Source: the human T2T-CHM13v2.0 reference genome, Homo sapiens. Taken from it: a DNA stretch of 64,000 nt. The notes beneath the pieces are model-generated. The model saw only the letters and a list, made by a program, of their open reading frames with translations, was not told the DNA's origin and did not search any database. Numbering within the stretch: position 1 is the stretch's first letter; each line of letters opens with the position of its first letter. Below, in pieces: positions 30,215 to 46,575 of the stretch. Made by a program: the position numbers and the translations under genes. The stretch lies in the NCBI RefSeq assembly GCF_009914755.1, contig NC_060930.1; one strand, 5' to 3'.

Positions 30215-31191
30215 ATATCTGGAGTGCCCATGTGGGATGCACATCTACCTGTACACGCAGACTTCCCTGCTACATTACTTCATTTCCTTTTGCTTTCTTC
30301 CTTTCCACCTGCTGCTGAGCACGCTCATAGCCCTGAAGGTGTGTATGAGGTGCTCCCAATTCTGGGAAACCACCTCAGCCGCTGCTGGAGCTCTGGCTGC
30401 CACCTCCTCGGCTATGCCATGGGCACCATCTTCCTGTCAGCTGAAGAGCCTGCCCACACCCTGGTCAAGGCATTCATCCTTCCTGCCTGCTCAGCTACAG
30501 GCTGTGTCTGCCCCATATGCAAACCAATTGCAACAATCACCTTAAAACATTTGATCTCCCACATACTCTTCTTCCCATAAAAAATAAGACTACCTTCTAT
30601 AATGGAGAAGCTACAAAACCCCAAAACGTTGGTCTTGCCAATGTTTTTGTAAAACAACCATTTAGTGTTTACTTGCTGTTTTATTTTAGCTCCATTACCT
30701 TAAGATTCATGTATGAGTCCTGGGGGAGTTGAATCTGTAGTTTCTTGGCATCTGATTTAAACTGGACAGTACAGTAGTTCCTTTGTTTGAGACTTAAATT
30801 GAGAGCATATCAGTCTCAGAACTGTATCATCAGCCTCAGAAGCATATCCTTTATCTTCATTGTCTTATTTTAACAGAAGTTCATGCACTATGCATGAGTG
30901 TCCTTACTTACCCTCTGGGCCCTCTGGGCCCCTCTAGGGTGGTTGCCACCCAAACACAAGAAAGCGGGACTCATTATAGGTCATGGAGGACACAGTTCTG
31001 TGCAGCCTACCACTGCCCAACTAAGAAGCTGATCAGTCCAGCCCTGCATTCACACTAGCTTTATATACCAACCAGTCGACCCATAACTGTGAGGAATGAG
31101 TAATATTTTTATTTCATACATGTACAATTCAAATGGTATTAACCATAGTGCTGTGTTCACCTATTTATCAAATCTCCCAGCAGTAATCTGA

Positions 31192-31539
<348 letters not shown>

Positions 31540-31904
31540 TAAAACTGGCTATCTTAAATAAGGATTTTTAAATCCAAAATTTCCTTGAGGAAAACTCTGT
31601 CATTAAGTTTTTCAGAATAAAAATTATATTTACTTTACAAAAGAAGTATTTACCAAATTATGCAGACAGTATATCTATCTTTGGAACTCTGAATGTAAAC
31701 ATTTGAGGAATTCCACATGTCATTCCCTTGAAGGTTTGAGCTTAGCTAGTTGTGAGCTTTTTTTATTCTTTTGATGAATCTGGATATTTTCACCATGGAA
31801 AACACAGCTCCCTCTAAATCCTGTCTGTGGGAGAATAACTGGCCTGGACATGTTCATATCCTTAAGAGGACAACATTTAAAGAAACAAAAATCTGCTGCT
31901 CTAA

Positions 31905-32228
<324 letters not shown>

Positions 32229-32721
32229 TACATTTATTTTCATGCTGTTTCAGCTTCAGTATGAAATGCCTGGGCAGAAAACATTTTTGTTTCATTAATA
32301 ACCTCTGGGTTTGTGGCTCTAATAAATAAATTTCTTGGATTTTTTCTCGTGTAGATTTCACTAGTTTTCAAGCAAGATAATTTTTGAAAAACAAAATATA
32401 GGTTTTTGCATAGCCCTACTATCTATCGCATGTGAAGGTGACAGCATTGTATTGATTGCCATTGACAAATTTGCTGTACAACATGTAAGTACCATAGACA
32501 AAGTTAGGACCGTAGGCAAATCTTACCAGGTGTGACAGGCACCTTGCTATCCACGGAAGTAGTGTCCCTCACCGAGGGCCTCTTCTTGTGCATCTCCTTT
32601 TCCCTTCAATATTTTTGTCCAGGGGACCTCTTGGTCACTCTCAAAAGGGGACCCTTTCCCAGCATTGCACAGTATTCGGAATACTAGTTTGAACACAACT
32701 CTGGTTCAAATGGAAATCCTG

Positions 32722-33068
32722 TATCTTAGTCCATTAGGGCTACTATAACAGAAATACTATAGATTGGCCTGCATATAAACAACAGAAATTTATTTCTTAC
32801 AATTCTAGAGGCTGGGAAGTCCAAGGTCAGGCACCAACTGAATCAGTGTCTGGTGCAGCTTCCTGGTTCAGAGATGGCGCCTTCTTGTTGTATCCTCATA
32901 TAGTGGAAGGGAGAGGACAATTCCTTGTCTCTTTTATGAGACACTAATCCCATGCATGAGCCCTTGTGACCCAATCACCTTTCAAAGGCCTCACCTCCAA
33001 ATACTATCACATTGGGGATTAAATTTCAACATGAGTTTTTGGGGTACACACACATTCAGTCCATGGCT
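32722..33068 (-). mobile_element. MaLR solo LTR (MLT1A/A0-like)
   Basis: cttagtccattagggctactataac...cacattggggattaaatttcaacatgag; flanks tcctg / ccctg. Confidence 0.85.
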
Positions 33069-33454
33069 CCCTGCTACATATATTATACACATTATTCTGT
33101 CACCATATGCAGTGGAAATATGTACTAGGTGATTGAGTATGGGAGACCTGAGCTCTTAAAGAGCATTGGTAAGAATAGATTGCTGGCTTTGCTATTTCTC
33201 TACAAATAGCAGTCTTTACAACCTTCTTGGTTATCTGTGTCTAGAGAGGCAGAAAGTGGTCTTGACCCTCTTTAGAAGGATGGTTTCCCAGCATCAACCA
33301 CTTATAATTGTAATGAGGCACTTAGTACCCCACCTGCAGTCTTAAATACTAAAGGTTTCCAGCTTCTTCCCTAGTAAACGTGAATCATTATTTACTTTGT
33401 GTGACTAAAACATCCCTAATTCATTTCCTGTTGTACTAAGCTTGTTACCTTTTA

Positions 33455-33961
<507 letters not shown>

Positions 33962-35768
33962 TTAAGCAGAGATTAAACAAGAGCCCTATTTCTAGGGGCA
34001 TTACAGGTTACTTTTATCATGATTCATAATTCTTCAAGCAAAGTATACAGCCAGTTTGTCCTATAGCTTCGATGTTAAGGGCTTTGCGTTCCTCCTCGTC
34101 TTCCACATGCTTTAGACAGGGTTCATTCACGCTACTACTCGCCCCCATCTACAAGGATATAAAGGAAAATGGATTCTGTAAGAGTTGGAATTCCTACAGA
34201 GATATGTGCCATCTAGATGTAAAATGTAGCATCTATTTTCCTAATAGCTGAAATAACAAAATAATGGTGAAATGGTTTGTGTGAACTATTTCCCAGCATA
34301 TTATCACTACCTCTGAACAGTAAAATGCCTCCTCTCCAGCCTAGAGAACAGCCTACGAGCCAAACTGCTCCTAAAAGTAGCTGGGATACATTAAGAGGTG
34401 CGGCTGAATCAGCTCCTCGCCTCCAGTCATCCCATCACCTGCTGCCTTAGTCCATTAATTGGCTGAGAAGGCTTTTGAGAGTAGTTTGAGTGAAAAAGGA
34501 ATAGTATAGCTGCATAAAGACAATTTCTTTCCTAGTCTCCAACCCCGGTTTTTACTACTACATCAAATGCTACTTTTTGACCCATGCTCCTTTTATTATT
34601 TACATGCAAAAAAAAAAAAAAAAACCTAAACTAAAACTTGGCTGACCTTTGGGATCAGGGATGAGGACAGAGTGGAAGCAGTACTGAATTTAATTTAATG
34701 TTCTGTAACAAACAAGGGGGAAAGATATAGAGATACCGATTTTGAGGGAAATGTTAATTATCTAAAGCTTAATTACAGATAACGTCATGAGGAGAATACA
34801 TAAAAGGCTTGAAATGCAGCCAAAGTATTTCGCTAAGAACATTAAAGAATGATTGTTGTTTACAATTCACAAATCGCACAGACATAAAGTTGAGATGGGA
34901 AAAACAGAGTCAGGCTTGAAGTAAGAGCCCAGCCTGCTATTTTAAAAACCAGTTCCGGGGAGAAGCGATAGTATTTGGAGTTAGCTCATGCTTTAGATGT
35001 AAATGAGATTCTGTCCATGTTTCCCCTTTAAAATAAAAATTAGCAGAACGCTGGCGAACACATTGAAGTAAAATCCTAGGAGACAACACAACCCAAATAA
35101 AAATAAATAATTTATGAGATCTTGGAATGGGAACTACAAATAAAACAGAACACACAGACGTTTATCTCCTTGTAAGTACAATAGAAATAAAGAAAAGGCA
35201 AGATTTTTACGTGCCTGTCACTTCATTACCGAATCCAATGATAAAAAAAAATACCTTTTCACTCAAACATAATTTTTACTTGGCGTAGCAATGAATGGCT
35301 TACACTTATCTAGTCTACTCTTTACTTATGCATTTCTGTCTTTTTGTTGTACGATTGGTATCTATTAATGTCCCATTACCTTTAAAGGTGAGTTTTGGGA
35401 TAATGGAATGTGGCATTTTGGAAGTTTGCTTTTAAGGGGGTTTGAAAAAATAAGTACCAGGCGGTTCTTATTTCCCTAAAGTCAGTGAGACACATGTTCT
35501 AGGGAAGGACATATTCCCGGATTCCAGAGTCTTGGGGGTGAAGACCAGAGCTCCAGATCCTGGCAGGCTGGGCCCTCGAGGTGTTGCATTAGAGTTACTG
35601 GACAGGTGTTGGGAAGCTTCGTAAAACAGAGTTGTAACTGGAGGTCTCAACACTTGATACTTTTATAAAAGAATGGGAATGGAGAGAATGTTTTTGTGTC
35701 AGAAGGATTTATGTGTATATATTTGAGTGAGTGATCAGAGAGAACCAGGTTATCAAAGGGGAAGGACA

Positions 35769-36091
<323 letters not shown>

Positions 36092-36299
36092 CTATGAGAT
36101 GAATTCACATGTTTTCTGAGATGACAGTTAGACATACAGCAATGACAATTCACTGAGCTCAGAGAAAATGCACCAAAAACAATTTTTAAGCTCAATAGAC
36201 ATTTATTAAATGAATGAATGAATGACTAAAGAGATTGGAGGTCTCTATTTGATGACAGCTATTGAGAAAGAGTGTTTTTTTTCTCTCCTCATTCCTCTC

Positions 36300-36440
36300 A
36301 CTTTTTAAAACTGAGGTAAATTCATATAATTCGCTTTAAGCCATTTTAAAATGAACCATTCAGTGGCATTCACAGCGTTGGGTAACCACCACCTCTATTT
36401 AACTCCAAAATATTTTGATCACACTAAAATATATCTCCTG
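36300..36440 (-). mobile_element. L1MB-like 3'-end fragment
   Basis: ccattttaaaatgaaccattcagtggcattcacagcgttgggtaaccaccacctctat. Confidence 0.7.
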
Positions 36441-37484
36441 CATCATAAATGACACAAGAAGTTTAAAATAATTAATTGATTGAAACTTACATAAAACAGA
36501 TTTTAAGAGAAATTAGGCATTTTAATTTTTTTAAAAAAGGTTTCAGAGGAGGACATGTCCAACTGGCTTAAGGGAGCTGCTGACAAGTTCTGACTGCCCT
36601 AGGGCTCCTCCTGAGGTCCAGCCACAACCCCTCTTCACCACTGAGGCCCCTTTCCTCCTGTGGGGTCCCCAAACTGTGGCTTCATAAAAAAACAAAAACA
36701 AAAACAAAACCTTTTCCCCTGAGCTTAATGGCTAGGGTCGCGAGTGGTGTAAAGGGTCTATTTGAGTCCCTCGACTTGGCTGTGTCCCATGAGCACACAC
36801 ACACACAAGCTGCACATCCCTCGGTTCACAGCTGGCTCATTTTACCATTCCCTCAGCAAAGGATTATTGAGAGTCTCATCCCTCAGGTCTTTCTTGGTTT
36901 GGTGATTAGTCACTCTGTCCCTGTGATTTTCCTGTCCAATTATAAATTTGAGGGATTATTTGTTTTGTTTACTTGCAAGGCTTTCTGGCTTTATAACAAA
37001 GAAACATGTTGCAGAAGGCTGGAGTCCCTTTGCTAATAGGTTAGAAATACAAGGAAAGGGGCACGAGCTAACTAGACGACTTTTTATTATGGAAATATGA
37101 CTATTTGCAAATGTTAAAAAGAAGAAGCAATTTTTCATCAATTCTAAAATCAGACTGCTTTTGTCAAGAAATTGTTATTTAAGCCTGCGTTAGAATTACA
37201 TGGAAAATGAACTATCAGTGTCATACTTTCTGATTCAGAAATGTAAAACAGTTGGTGAATGATCCAACAGACACAGCACTTTTGAGGTCTTACAACTGAG
37301 ACAGATAGTGTTACTTATCTTATGAAAATTGCTGATCGGTCTCCTCCAGAAAAATTGAATGAAACTGCATGGATATATTCAGAGCAGGTAGCACAGTGAA
37401 GACTACGTTCATCTATAATCTGGAAGTTGGTTCAGATTGAGACCTGGTGACGGGACATTTGAGCCTTTGTTTTAAATAAGCCCC

Positions 37485-38009
37485 TGGTGGAAATAAAAGA
37501 AGACCAACCAAATGAGAACAAGCAAAGGCTATTTATTCAGAGCTTGCTATAGCAAGGGAGTCAGGCACTGTGTCACTTGCATTTGGCAAGGCTCACAGGC
37601 AGGCAGAGGAGTGGGAGGGCTTTACGGTGGAAAAAAGAGAAGGTTTCAAGTATGGTCTGATTGGAGGGTTTTGGCATGGGGAATCTGGAGGCAGATTCTA
37701 TACCTAGAAGCAGGACATCCTGTGTGGCTGGTCAAGGCTTTCTCTAGTTAGTCCTAAGTTGTAGGCAGTGACCAAAATTAAGGAAGCTGTCAGTTACTAA
37801 TGAAATCCTGGCCATTTGGGGCAGATTGTTAGAGGAGTTATTGTTTGGGTTGCTGAATTGTTACTAGAGATAGTGGTCTGATTTCCCATGAGTCTGACCT
37901 GCAGAGAGCAGGCTGGCTTTCTGGCCTCGCTGCTCTAGACAATAGATTGGTTTCCTGGGCTGGTTGCTGCAGACTGTGGCCATTGTCCATTTGCATATAC
38001 AGTCTCTCA
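37485..38009 (-). mobile_element. ERV solo LTR (MER76-like; family uncertain)
   Basis: tttattcagagcttgctatagcaagggagtc (antisense AATAAA); ggtttcctgggctggttgctgcag; ends agtctctca. Confidence 0.65.
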
Positions 38010-38312
38010 CCATCAAACTGAGCTCCATGTGCTCATCTCCCCTTCTGAAGGTCACTTTCATCCAGGATTCTTATGTATTTCCACCCTTGCCAGCAGCTGT
38101 GAGCAGATTCTACAGGGGCCAATAACACTGCAGGCATCTCTGCTGGTGTTGAGTGGGGTTACCAAGCAGGGGCTCCATCACGGAGCAGAACTGCTGCCCA
38201 GCTGCTCGGCCTGGTACAGTGCACTACACACCATGCTCCATAAAGAAGCATCTTAGATATAAGAGGCCCAGACTTTTTACAGAATTGCAACAAGTAGGAG
38301 GTAATGAATTCT

Positions 38313-38525
38313 TACTGCATGCCAGCCATCGTAAGAAGTATTTACAGATATTTTCTCACTTATTCCTCACAATAAAACTATGAAATAGATACTACTATTT
38401 CCAATTTATAAATGGTGAAACTGAGGCTGGGAGAGATTAAATAATTTGTCAATGATCACGCAGCTAAGAAGTGGTGAGTCTGGTATTTGAACCCAAGTGG
38501 TTTTAATCCATGTTGCATCATTATG
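38313..38525 (-). mobile_element. MIR
   Basis: ggtgaaactgaggctgggagagattaaataatttgtcaatgatcacgcagctaagaagtgg. Confidence 0.85.
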
Positions 38526-38739
38526 CTACTGTGGGAGAAAGAGAGGGAAAAATAAACCTCTTTCTGTACTAAGCACCTAAGAAGGAAAGCTCATCAGAGT
38601 GCTTTGCTTCAATAAGTAAAGGAAGTGGAAGCCTTCTGAAGTCTCCAGGAAGAGCTGGTGATAAAGATAGCTCAGGAGTCAGGGCTCTCAGAGCTTCCTG
38701 TGGGGCCGGTCCTCTGAAGATACAAAGAGGTGTAAGAAA

Positions 38740-39020
38740 TAATTCCTGCCTTCAAAGGTTTTATTTTCTGGCAGTGGAGCCCAAACTAGCACAAAGGAAA
38801 CTAGGCTTGAAAAATTAAGTGCTACCCTTTGTATGTATCACCAGTAAAAAGGAACTAGAAAGATGAAAAACAGATAAAGGCAGAAAGTAGAGAGGATTTG
38901 ATAAGAAGGGTGGTCTGAAGCTGAGCTCTAAAGGGAAAGCAGACTAGACAGGCCTGGCTGGGGATGAAGAACATTCCAGAAAGGGTCTTTTAGGTTTAGC
39001 ACATGGATGTGAGACAAAAT
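38740..39020 (-). mobile_element. L2 fragment
   Basis: attcctgccttcaaaggttt..ctgaagctgagctctaaagg..aacattccag. Confidence 0.5.
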
Positions 39021-39879
39021 GTCCATATAGAAGGGGTTAGGAGAGTTCTCCATGGTGTAACGCTTTAGTCTCCTATATAAATATTTTCTTTAACTACTGA
39101 AGTTATTTCCACTGTCATTATTTGAAACTGTGGCCTCTGAAGTTTTCTCACCTTCTTAGAAATTTCATGGCTGTTTTTTTCCTTTTTTCTTTCTGATCCA
39201 AAATAAACTTCTCTGCTGTATTGAAAATTGTAGTTTCATAATGGAAAAAAAAAACATATTGCTATTTCATTTTTGGAAAACTGAACCTTTTGTCAAGTGT
39301 AATTGAAGTGGCTCAACTGAGTTTTTGCCTGAAAGTGCAGTTAATCCATGTTTGAACAGAGACAACTATGTTTTTCTCGTTGAGTTTAAAGTTTAGAAAT
39401 GTTGTTCTGTTCTTGTCCAGGAAGCCATGTTGTTCTACATCTCATCCATGCTACTGGGAGACCTTTGACCATTAACTTTTCTAGGCCTCCTTTTTCTAGT
39501 CTTTGAAATAAAATATATAGTATGGATCAGCCAAGTGCTAAATGGAGCTACTTGCATTTCTGGAAATACAATAAGAAAAGCAGTGGCATCAAAACATTTG
39601 AAATAAAAGCAGTAAAAATGTCTATTTTACTTTATTTTAATTATTTTATTTTCTTCTATTATTGAATTAATTCATGTGTAGTGGAGAATTTTTAAGATTT
39701 TACTTACTTTACTCAAAATTGACAAAAAGACAAATTATATTATCCTGCTTTTAAAAATTCATAACATTGAGCTTTTATTTCATGAACTGTTAAATAAAAT
39801 AGGAACATGATGTGATTCTTTTGCCGACATTTGATAATCAAAGTGTGATGTGGTAAACCATTCTTCAAAGTGGCTTGTT

Positions 39880-40183
39880 GGCCCAGTGCAGTGGCTCATG
39901 TCTGTAATCCCAGCACTTCGGGAGGCTGAGGCAGGCAGATCCCTTGAGGTCAGGCATTCGAGACTAACCTGGCCAACATGGTGAAATCCTGTCTCTACTA
40001 AAAATACAAAAATTAGCTGGGTGTGGTGGGGCACGCCTGTAATCCCAGCTACTTGGGAGTCTGAGGCTCAAGAATCACTGGAACCCACGAGTCAGAGGTT
40101 GCAGTGAGCCAAGATTGCATCACTGCACTCTAGCCTGGGCGACAGAGTGAGACTACATCTCAAAAAAAAAAAAAAAAAAAAAA
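39880..40183 (+). mobile_element. Alu (AluS-like)
   Basis: Full dimer with A-tail. Confidence 0.95.
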
Positions 40184-40577
40184 GGCTATTTAATTTGCAG
40201 TAGTTCAAAGTGGCAGATCCTTACCGAAGGCACCAAAATGCCCATTTTAAATGCCACTACAGTTTATAACCAACTTTTTTATATTTAAATGTTCTTTTAT
40301 TTAGTGAATATTCATAAGATGGATACAATTTTATACCATATGCCTTTTCCACATTGCTAACATTGTTTTTCATTGAGTTCTTGTATTTAACAAAGCAATG
40401 CATATAGATAGTTTTAACAGGTTAATAGTACAGCAAGCTTGATAAAGAAAAACAAGTATTCTCTCCCATCTCCTTGCTCCTAATTTCCCACTCTACAGAG
40501 ACAATCACTTTCAAGTCCTTTAGTATTTACCCCCATATCAGTACATTACATGCTTAACTGGATGTATATTTATTTAC

Positions 40578-40895
<318 letters not shown>

Positions 40896-41925
40896 TAAAT
40901 TATATGCATTATTGACTTCCTTCTTACCCAATCTCACCCTTCTTGCCCCATCCTCACACACACACTACTTTCCACCATACTTCAAATGAAACTTAATTAC
41001 AGTTTATATTTATATCAATGCTATATTGCTTATAATTATGTAAGTACTGTTCACAGCTGAGTCATGTAGTTTACTATCATTTTCTTTTTTTTTTTTTTCT
41101 TGCTCAAGGTTTTGTTTTCTCTGGAGTTAATCATTTCCTTGGTCTCTTTGCATGTTTGTTTGCTTCCTTTTCTTTTTATTCATCATGAATTCAGCCCTAA
41201 CTTTTCTAAAAGAACTATACAAATTTTTCCTAATGTTGTCAAACCATCAGATAATAAAATAACTTCCCTTTTTGTTTGTGGAAGCATTCCTTCTAAAACC
41301 CTTGCTCTTTTGCTGCACCCTACAAACAATATATGTTCTGGAAGCTACTATCACCATCATTCAGGGAACTCCCTTCCCTTTGCTCCCATATGGGATTTCC
41401 TGTTTCCCTGATTCCATCTCTTTCTGTCATGTGACTTGCTCTTTCATTTTGGTGGTGCACACTCACCAGCAACGTCCTGAGAATAAATACAACAGGGGCA
41501 AATTTTTGTGTTACTATTACTATTCTGCCTGAATATGATTGTTTTGAGTACTGCATTTGTTAGTTAGATCAATATTATATTCTAGATGGCACATCATTTT
41601 CTCTTAGAATCACTGAAATCTTTGCACTATTTTCAAGCTTCCTAGTGGTACTATTGTTCAAAGATATTTTGATACCCAATTTCTTGTATGTGATTTAGTG
41701 TTCCCTGCCCCAAGAAAAAACATTTAAAGAAGTTCTCTGTAAACCGTAAAATTTCACAACAATATGCCTTGGTATGAATTTTTCTTATTTATTGTGCTAC
41801 TCTTGTGTGGGCTCATTCAATCTATAAATTCCTGTTCCTCGTAAGTTTCTTCTCTCTTCTTTATCTGGCTTTTTGAAACTCCTGTTAGTTAGATATATGA
41901 TCATATCTCATCTATGGTATTCTAG

Positions 41926-42339
<414 letters not shown>

Positions 42340-42384
42340 TAAATTTTTTTATTATTATTAGTGTTTTCATTTCTTTTTAAAAAA

Positions 42385-42542
42385 CTTAATTGATATGTTA
42401 CAATTGTACATATTTTGTGGGTGTCTGATATTTTGATACTTGGGTACAATGTATAATGATCAAATCAGGATAACCAGTTTATCCATTACCTTAAACGTTT
42501 GTCTTTTTGTGTGTATTGGAATCATTACAATTCTTCTAGTTT
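42385..42542 (-). mobile_element. L1MA 3'-end fragment
   Basis: caattgtacatatttt...tacaatgtataatgatcaaatcagg. Confidence 0.75.
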
Positions 42543-43809
42543 CTTCTCTTCTTTTGAAATTTCTAAGAGCTCTTTCTTATTGTTGTGTGCTTTTTGTTTC
42601 TTTCTCCTTTTTGTTAATGAATGCTTTCCTCTTATAACTTCGTAAGGACACTAACGATAATCCTTTAGGAAATTTTTTTCTGCTCTCTGAATTAATCTGT
42701 TTCCTCTGAGTTCCATCTAATGTTTTGGAGTTTTCTCACAAGTCCCATGACCTTAATAGCCCATTTGTGTCTAAGAGAGAAGTGTTAAAATTCTGATCAG
42801 ATGCTCTTTGTGCACAAATGAACTTCATGTCTTACCAGTGGACCTAGACATTGCTTTGGAAGACCCCAAGTATTAATCCCCCCCATCCCCTTGCTGATCC
42901 ATTGCCCCTGAGTAAAACACTCTAACCTCCCCTGAATAGAGGTTATCAACTCAAGATTAGTAGTTGTCAGACAATGTTCTGAGATGCAAATGGGGCACAG
43001 AGGTGGGAAGGACATACCTTCTCCCAACTCCTGTGTTTGCATGACCTGTCTCCTTCCCATTTCCACAGCCTCTGTGATTCCTCCTCTCCAGCAAGTAAAC
43101 CTGCTTCCCCTGGGAGCTGAAGGGACTGGCTGGGGAAGGAGGATGGAGGGTTCAACTGCACCAATTCAGCGAGTTCCATTTCAACTCCGGGCACCTGTGG
43201 CTTCCAATTCCTAGGACATGCTGGAGTTCTTTGGTGCAAAACACATAATTTCTTGTTGACACTCCACTACCAGCCTTGAGTTTTGGGTTTCTTCTCTCTG
43301 CTCTGTCTGTTACTCCCTGCGTTCAGCTGTCCATGTTTCAGAATTTAATCACCTTGTCTGCTCTCTCATTCTCTCTTATCCCTTGTGTACTTCCATTATT
43401 TTTGTTATCTTTATTACCTTTTTAGAGAAATTTGGACAGAAGCAAAGATAAGCACAGGGGTTAACCTAGCATGGCTTAATTAAAAGTTTCTCCCTCTCTT
43501 GGATTTATACTACTTATTTTCCACACTCAAATATCCTTGAGTTTTCTTTCATGTCACAGTTATGTTCTGAGTGATGTAAGATATTCCATGGGAAAAGGGG
43601 GGTTCTATGGTCAAGGAACAGGGTACACTATTCCCTCACCTCTTGCTTCTAGTTTCCTTTGTGACATCTGAAATATTATGTTCTTTATTCCGATTTAATT
43701 TTTGGTTGTTGATTATGTATCCCCAGCTATCATGTAAGCCCCCTGAAGTTACAACACAATGCTTGCTTGTGTTTTCTATTATGCTTGCAGACCACCCTTT
43801 AGATAGATA

Positions 43810-43955
43810 TCTGTCACTCCTGCTTAGAATGTGAGCCCGTTGGACAGGGACAGTTCCTTATCCATCTCTATCCTCTGTATCCCCAGCACCTGTCAGAGTA
43901 GCTGTAATATCACAGGGATCACTGAGTGTGCTGATAAGTGAGTGGGTGCATGCTT
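43810..43955 (+). mobile_element. L2 3' end
   Basis: ttagaatgtgagccc...ctctgtatccccagcacct. Confidence 0.7.
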
Positions 43956-45110
43956 TCTCCTACATTTCATAATCCCTTTCTCACTGTGTGTCTGGGGAGA
44001 GTCCCTGAAAGCACAGTAGATGCCGTGGCATCTTTCAGCTGAAGGATTTACGTGCTCCTAAATGCGAAATCATCTAATACTGAGCGTTCTTCCCATACAG
44101 TAGGACAGAGGCCGGGTAGTGATTTGGGGAAATGATATGAATTCTGCCTTTTTCTCCTCACCCATGCACATGCCAGCCCTTAAAGAGTATCTGCGTGGTC
44201 ACTCCAGCCAGACCCCCTGCAGCCCCCCAGTCAGAAGCCAGATGGTCTTTCTACTTCTCTGAAAGAGAGGAGTGTTTCTGGTAGTCCTAAGGTAAACCTC
44301 AGAATTCATTTTCCTGGACAAATAATTTTATAAATGGTTGGCCAACTTTAGTAGAAATGGTACTGTTAGTAAAATATTTCCAATTCAATCTGGGTTAAAT
44401 TGATTTTAGGGGTTACCCTTGGAAACGAATTATCATATTTTAAATTTTTTTCTGTGGGAAAATGTATTTTGAGTTCCAAATGACTAAGTTATATATACAC
44501 TTTAGGAACACTGCTCACTCGTATGTTAGGGACTGATTATATTGTATTTGTAGTCCATCTGGGGCTATGAGAACAAAAAGAAAATCAAATCATCAACTGG
44601 ATAATATCACCACTGAGAGCAACAAATCTAAAGTAACAAAATAGTCCATAATATGGAATATCACATCAGAATAAAAATGAATGTATTTTACACAGTTTGT
44701 GATATTTGTGGGCTGGCTTGGTGTCTGCAAGAAAGAATGTCTCATAAAATTGTACTGAGTGGGTCTAATGTGAGATTATGTTTGATTCTGTGCTAGGGCC
44801 TGAGATAGTATAACTTAGTTATGAGTCCAGAAAAAAGTGATGATGGGCACTTTGCCATTTACCACCTATATAGAGGCCTGAATCATTACACAGTGTATTT
44901 TTTAAAATCTTTTGAAGCCTTGTGAATGGACTAAAATTGACTTGGTGGTGGAAGATGGAGCTCAGAGGTTAGGGTCCTCTCTCAATTTTGTTTTGTTGCT
45001 TTTTTATTTTGATCACATTAATATGGTCATATTAATAGTCAACTCAATGTTTCAAAGCAAAATGGAGATGGAATTCTGGACATTCGGAGTTCTGGTGGAA
45101 CAAACACTTC

Positions 45111-45125
45111 ACACCAGGGGGCGCA
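45111..45125 (+). promoter_or_regulatory. Candidate CTCF site
   Basis: acaccagggggcgca matches the core CCACCAGGGGGCGC at 13/14, CpG intact. Confidence 0.55.
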
Positions 45126-45992
45126 ATGGAGCCACGGCCTTTTATACACACAAGCACATTGATGATGTCTAAGAGCAGCGACTGGGAGGAATAGAAGAAA
45201 AGGAAAAACGAAATAGGAGAGTGTTTCATAAGAATAAAGTCTACAGAGAGACTAATTTCTCCTAAAATTAAAATCATGCTACCACAGGCTTTATGTCCAA
45301 TTATATGTCATTTGAGTGGCCTGAATACTTTTTACTTCATGATTTATAGATCCAAAAATAGGTACAGAATGAACGTATGTTTATTTTGCTAAAGACTTTA
45401 AGAATTCCGTTACCGTTATTGTAAAATAATTCAAAATCATGAAACAGATTCATTATAACACCAGCTCATTTAGTTATTATTTAGAGACTATATATGTATA
45501 ATACTTTAAAAGGTATAGTTGACATAAAAATTCGATGTATTTATTAGGTACAACATGATTTTTCAATGTAAGTAAACTTTGTGAAGCAGTTGAAGCAAGC
45601 TAATCAGGGAACATATATTAACTGAATACTTTATTTGGGCCAGACACTGTGCTAGCTGCAACCTTTAAATTAATTATTGGGGCTACAGTGCTTAATAAAA
45701 CCAGTTCATAATCTGTTGCTGCTGGAGTACAAAAAGTTGAATGACCTTACAAATTCAGTATTTCTATATTTGTCACTATTTTTTTTATTGCATATGTTGT
45801 TTCCTGGGTAGTCCTAATATGTTATATGAGTTATTTTATGCTTATATTGTGACTGCATTTTTAATTGAAGAAACATTTGCCATCTTTCACTTTTTAAACT
45901 AAAGCCAAAATACAGGTATGCTTAGCAGTTTATTGTTTTCAAATTTTCAAATCAGGTAAATTTGATTAATTTCATTTAATAAATGAAAAAGA

Positions 45993-46282
45993 GATTGGGT
46001 ACGGTGGTTCACACCTGTAATCCCAACACTTTGGTAGGCTGAGGCAGGAGGATTGCTTGAGGCCAGGAGTTCGAGACCAGCCTGGGCAACATAGAGAGAT
46101 GCTGTATCTCCAAAAAATAAAACAATTAGCCTGGTGGCGCACTACTGTAGTCCCCGCCACTCAGGAGGCTGAAGTAGGAGGAATTGCTTGAGCCCAGGAG
46201 TTCGAGGCTGCAGTGAGCTATGATAGTGCCACTGAACTCCCATCAGAGTGAGAGAGCAAGACTGTCTCTTAAAAAAAAAAAA
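45993..46282 (+). mobile_element. Alu (AluJ-like)
   Basis: gagttcgaggctgcagtgagctatgat (J-type). Confidence 0.93.
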
Positions 46283-46575
46283 TGAAGAGAGTAAAACATT
46301 ATGCCAAGTTACTAACCAGATACTTGCTAAAAGGTAAATGATAGATTTAAAAATATAAAAAGTCTTTGACTCTTAGTATCCCATGGAAGCACAAAAATTC
46401 ACAGTGGTTTGTAGATGGTGATAATAATTTTTTTTTCTTGGCATCTCTAAGAATATATTACCTACCATAAAGATTGTATACTGTCAGGAAATAAAACATT
46501 TTAAAATAATATTCAAAAAAACCTAGTCTCATGAGAGGCAAAAGTTTTCAAGTATTAACTACAAAAAGTTCAGTT

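Noticed and set aside
30091-30657. 127-138 aa ORFs starting with CVCVCV
   Set aside because: They begin inside the (GT)n repeat at non-ATG codons and show no recognisable domain.
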